A DNA stretch of 63,679 bases, the filler included, from Choristocarpus tenellus KU-1152 (Eukaryota; Protista; Phaeophyceae), in NCBI GenBank assembly GCA_964200185.2. It is 12 parts of 12 records of this genome, joined end to end, with 100 filler letters (N's around TTAATTAATTAA, not from the genome) between each part and the next. Parts side by side here need not be neighbours in the genome. Positions count along the whole stretch, not along the records: positions 58,986 to 63,679 come from CAXNAD020013440.1; 11 more parts are not named here. One strand, written 5' to 3'. This document shows, one piece after another, positions 63,637-63,679 of this stretch. Numbering within the stretch: the first letter of the stretch is position 1; each line of letters starts with the position of its first letter. The position numbers and the translations under genes were made by a program. Below the pieces are notes generated by a model, which saw only the letters and a list, made by a program, of their open reading frames with translations, searched no databases and had not been told where the DNA came from.

Positions 63637-63679
63637 GCAGACGTTAGTTTTTTTTTTTTTCTTTCTCCACAAAAAAACA

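Overview
Eukaryotic, intron-rich, repeat-rich genomic DNA. A flagellated stramenopile, probably a brown alga, is inferred from the axonemal dynein, GT-AG introns and interstitial TTAGGG tracts. The window is not contiguous: it is 12 contigs joined by artificial 100-nt spacers (N44-TTAATTAATTAA-N44), so adjacency across spacers carries no biological meaning. The longest contig (28877-48158) holds three recognisable host genes. (i) The 5' part of a DNAH6-like axonemal dynein heavy chain (minus strand). (ii) Head-to-head with it, a 3-exon gene for a ~285-aa protein with an N-terminal PBZ-like CCHH zinc finger, visible only after splicing, and a C-terminal NZF/RanBP2-type finger; this is the most interesting find. 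(iii) The last two exons of a Rab GTPase (minus strand). The rest is mostly mobile DNA: a degenerate, internally rearranged Ty1/copia element, a PIF/Harbinger transposase pseudogene, two related MITE families sharing an AAAGTATCT terminal core, a third MITE, tandem arrays, and several orphan exon chains. No CRISPR array, tRNA or rRNA is supported. All family assignments come from motif recognition by eye; no searches were run.
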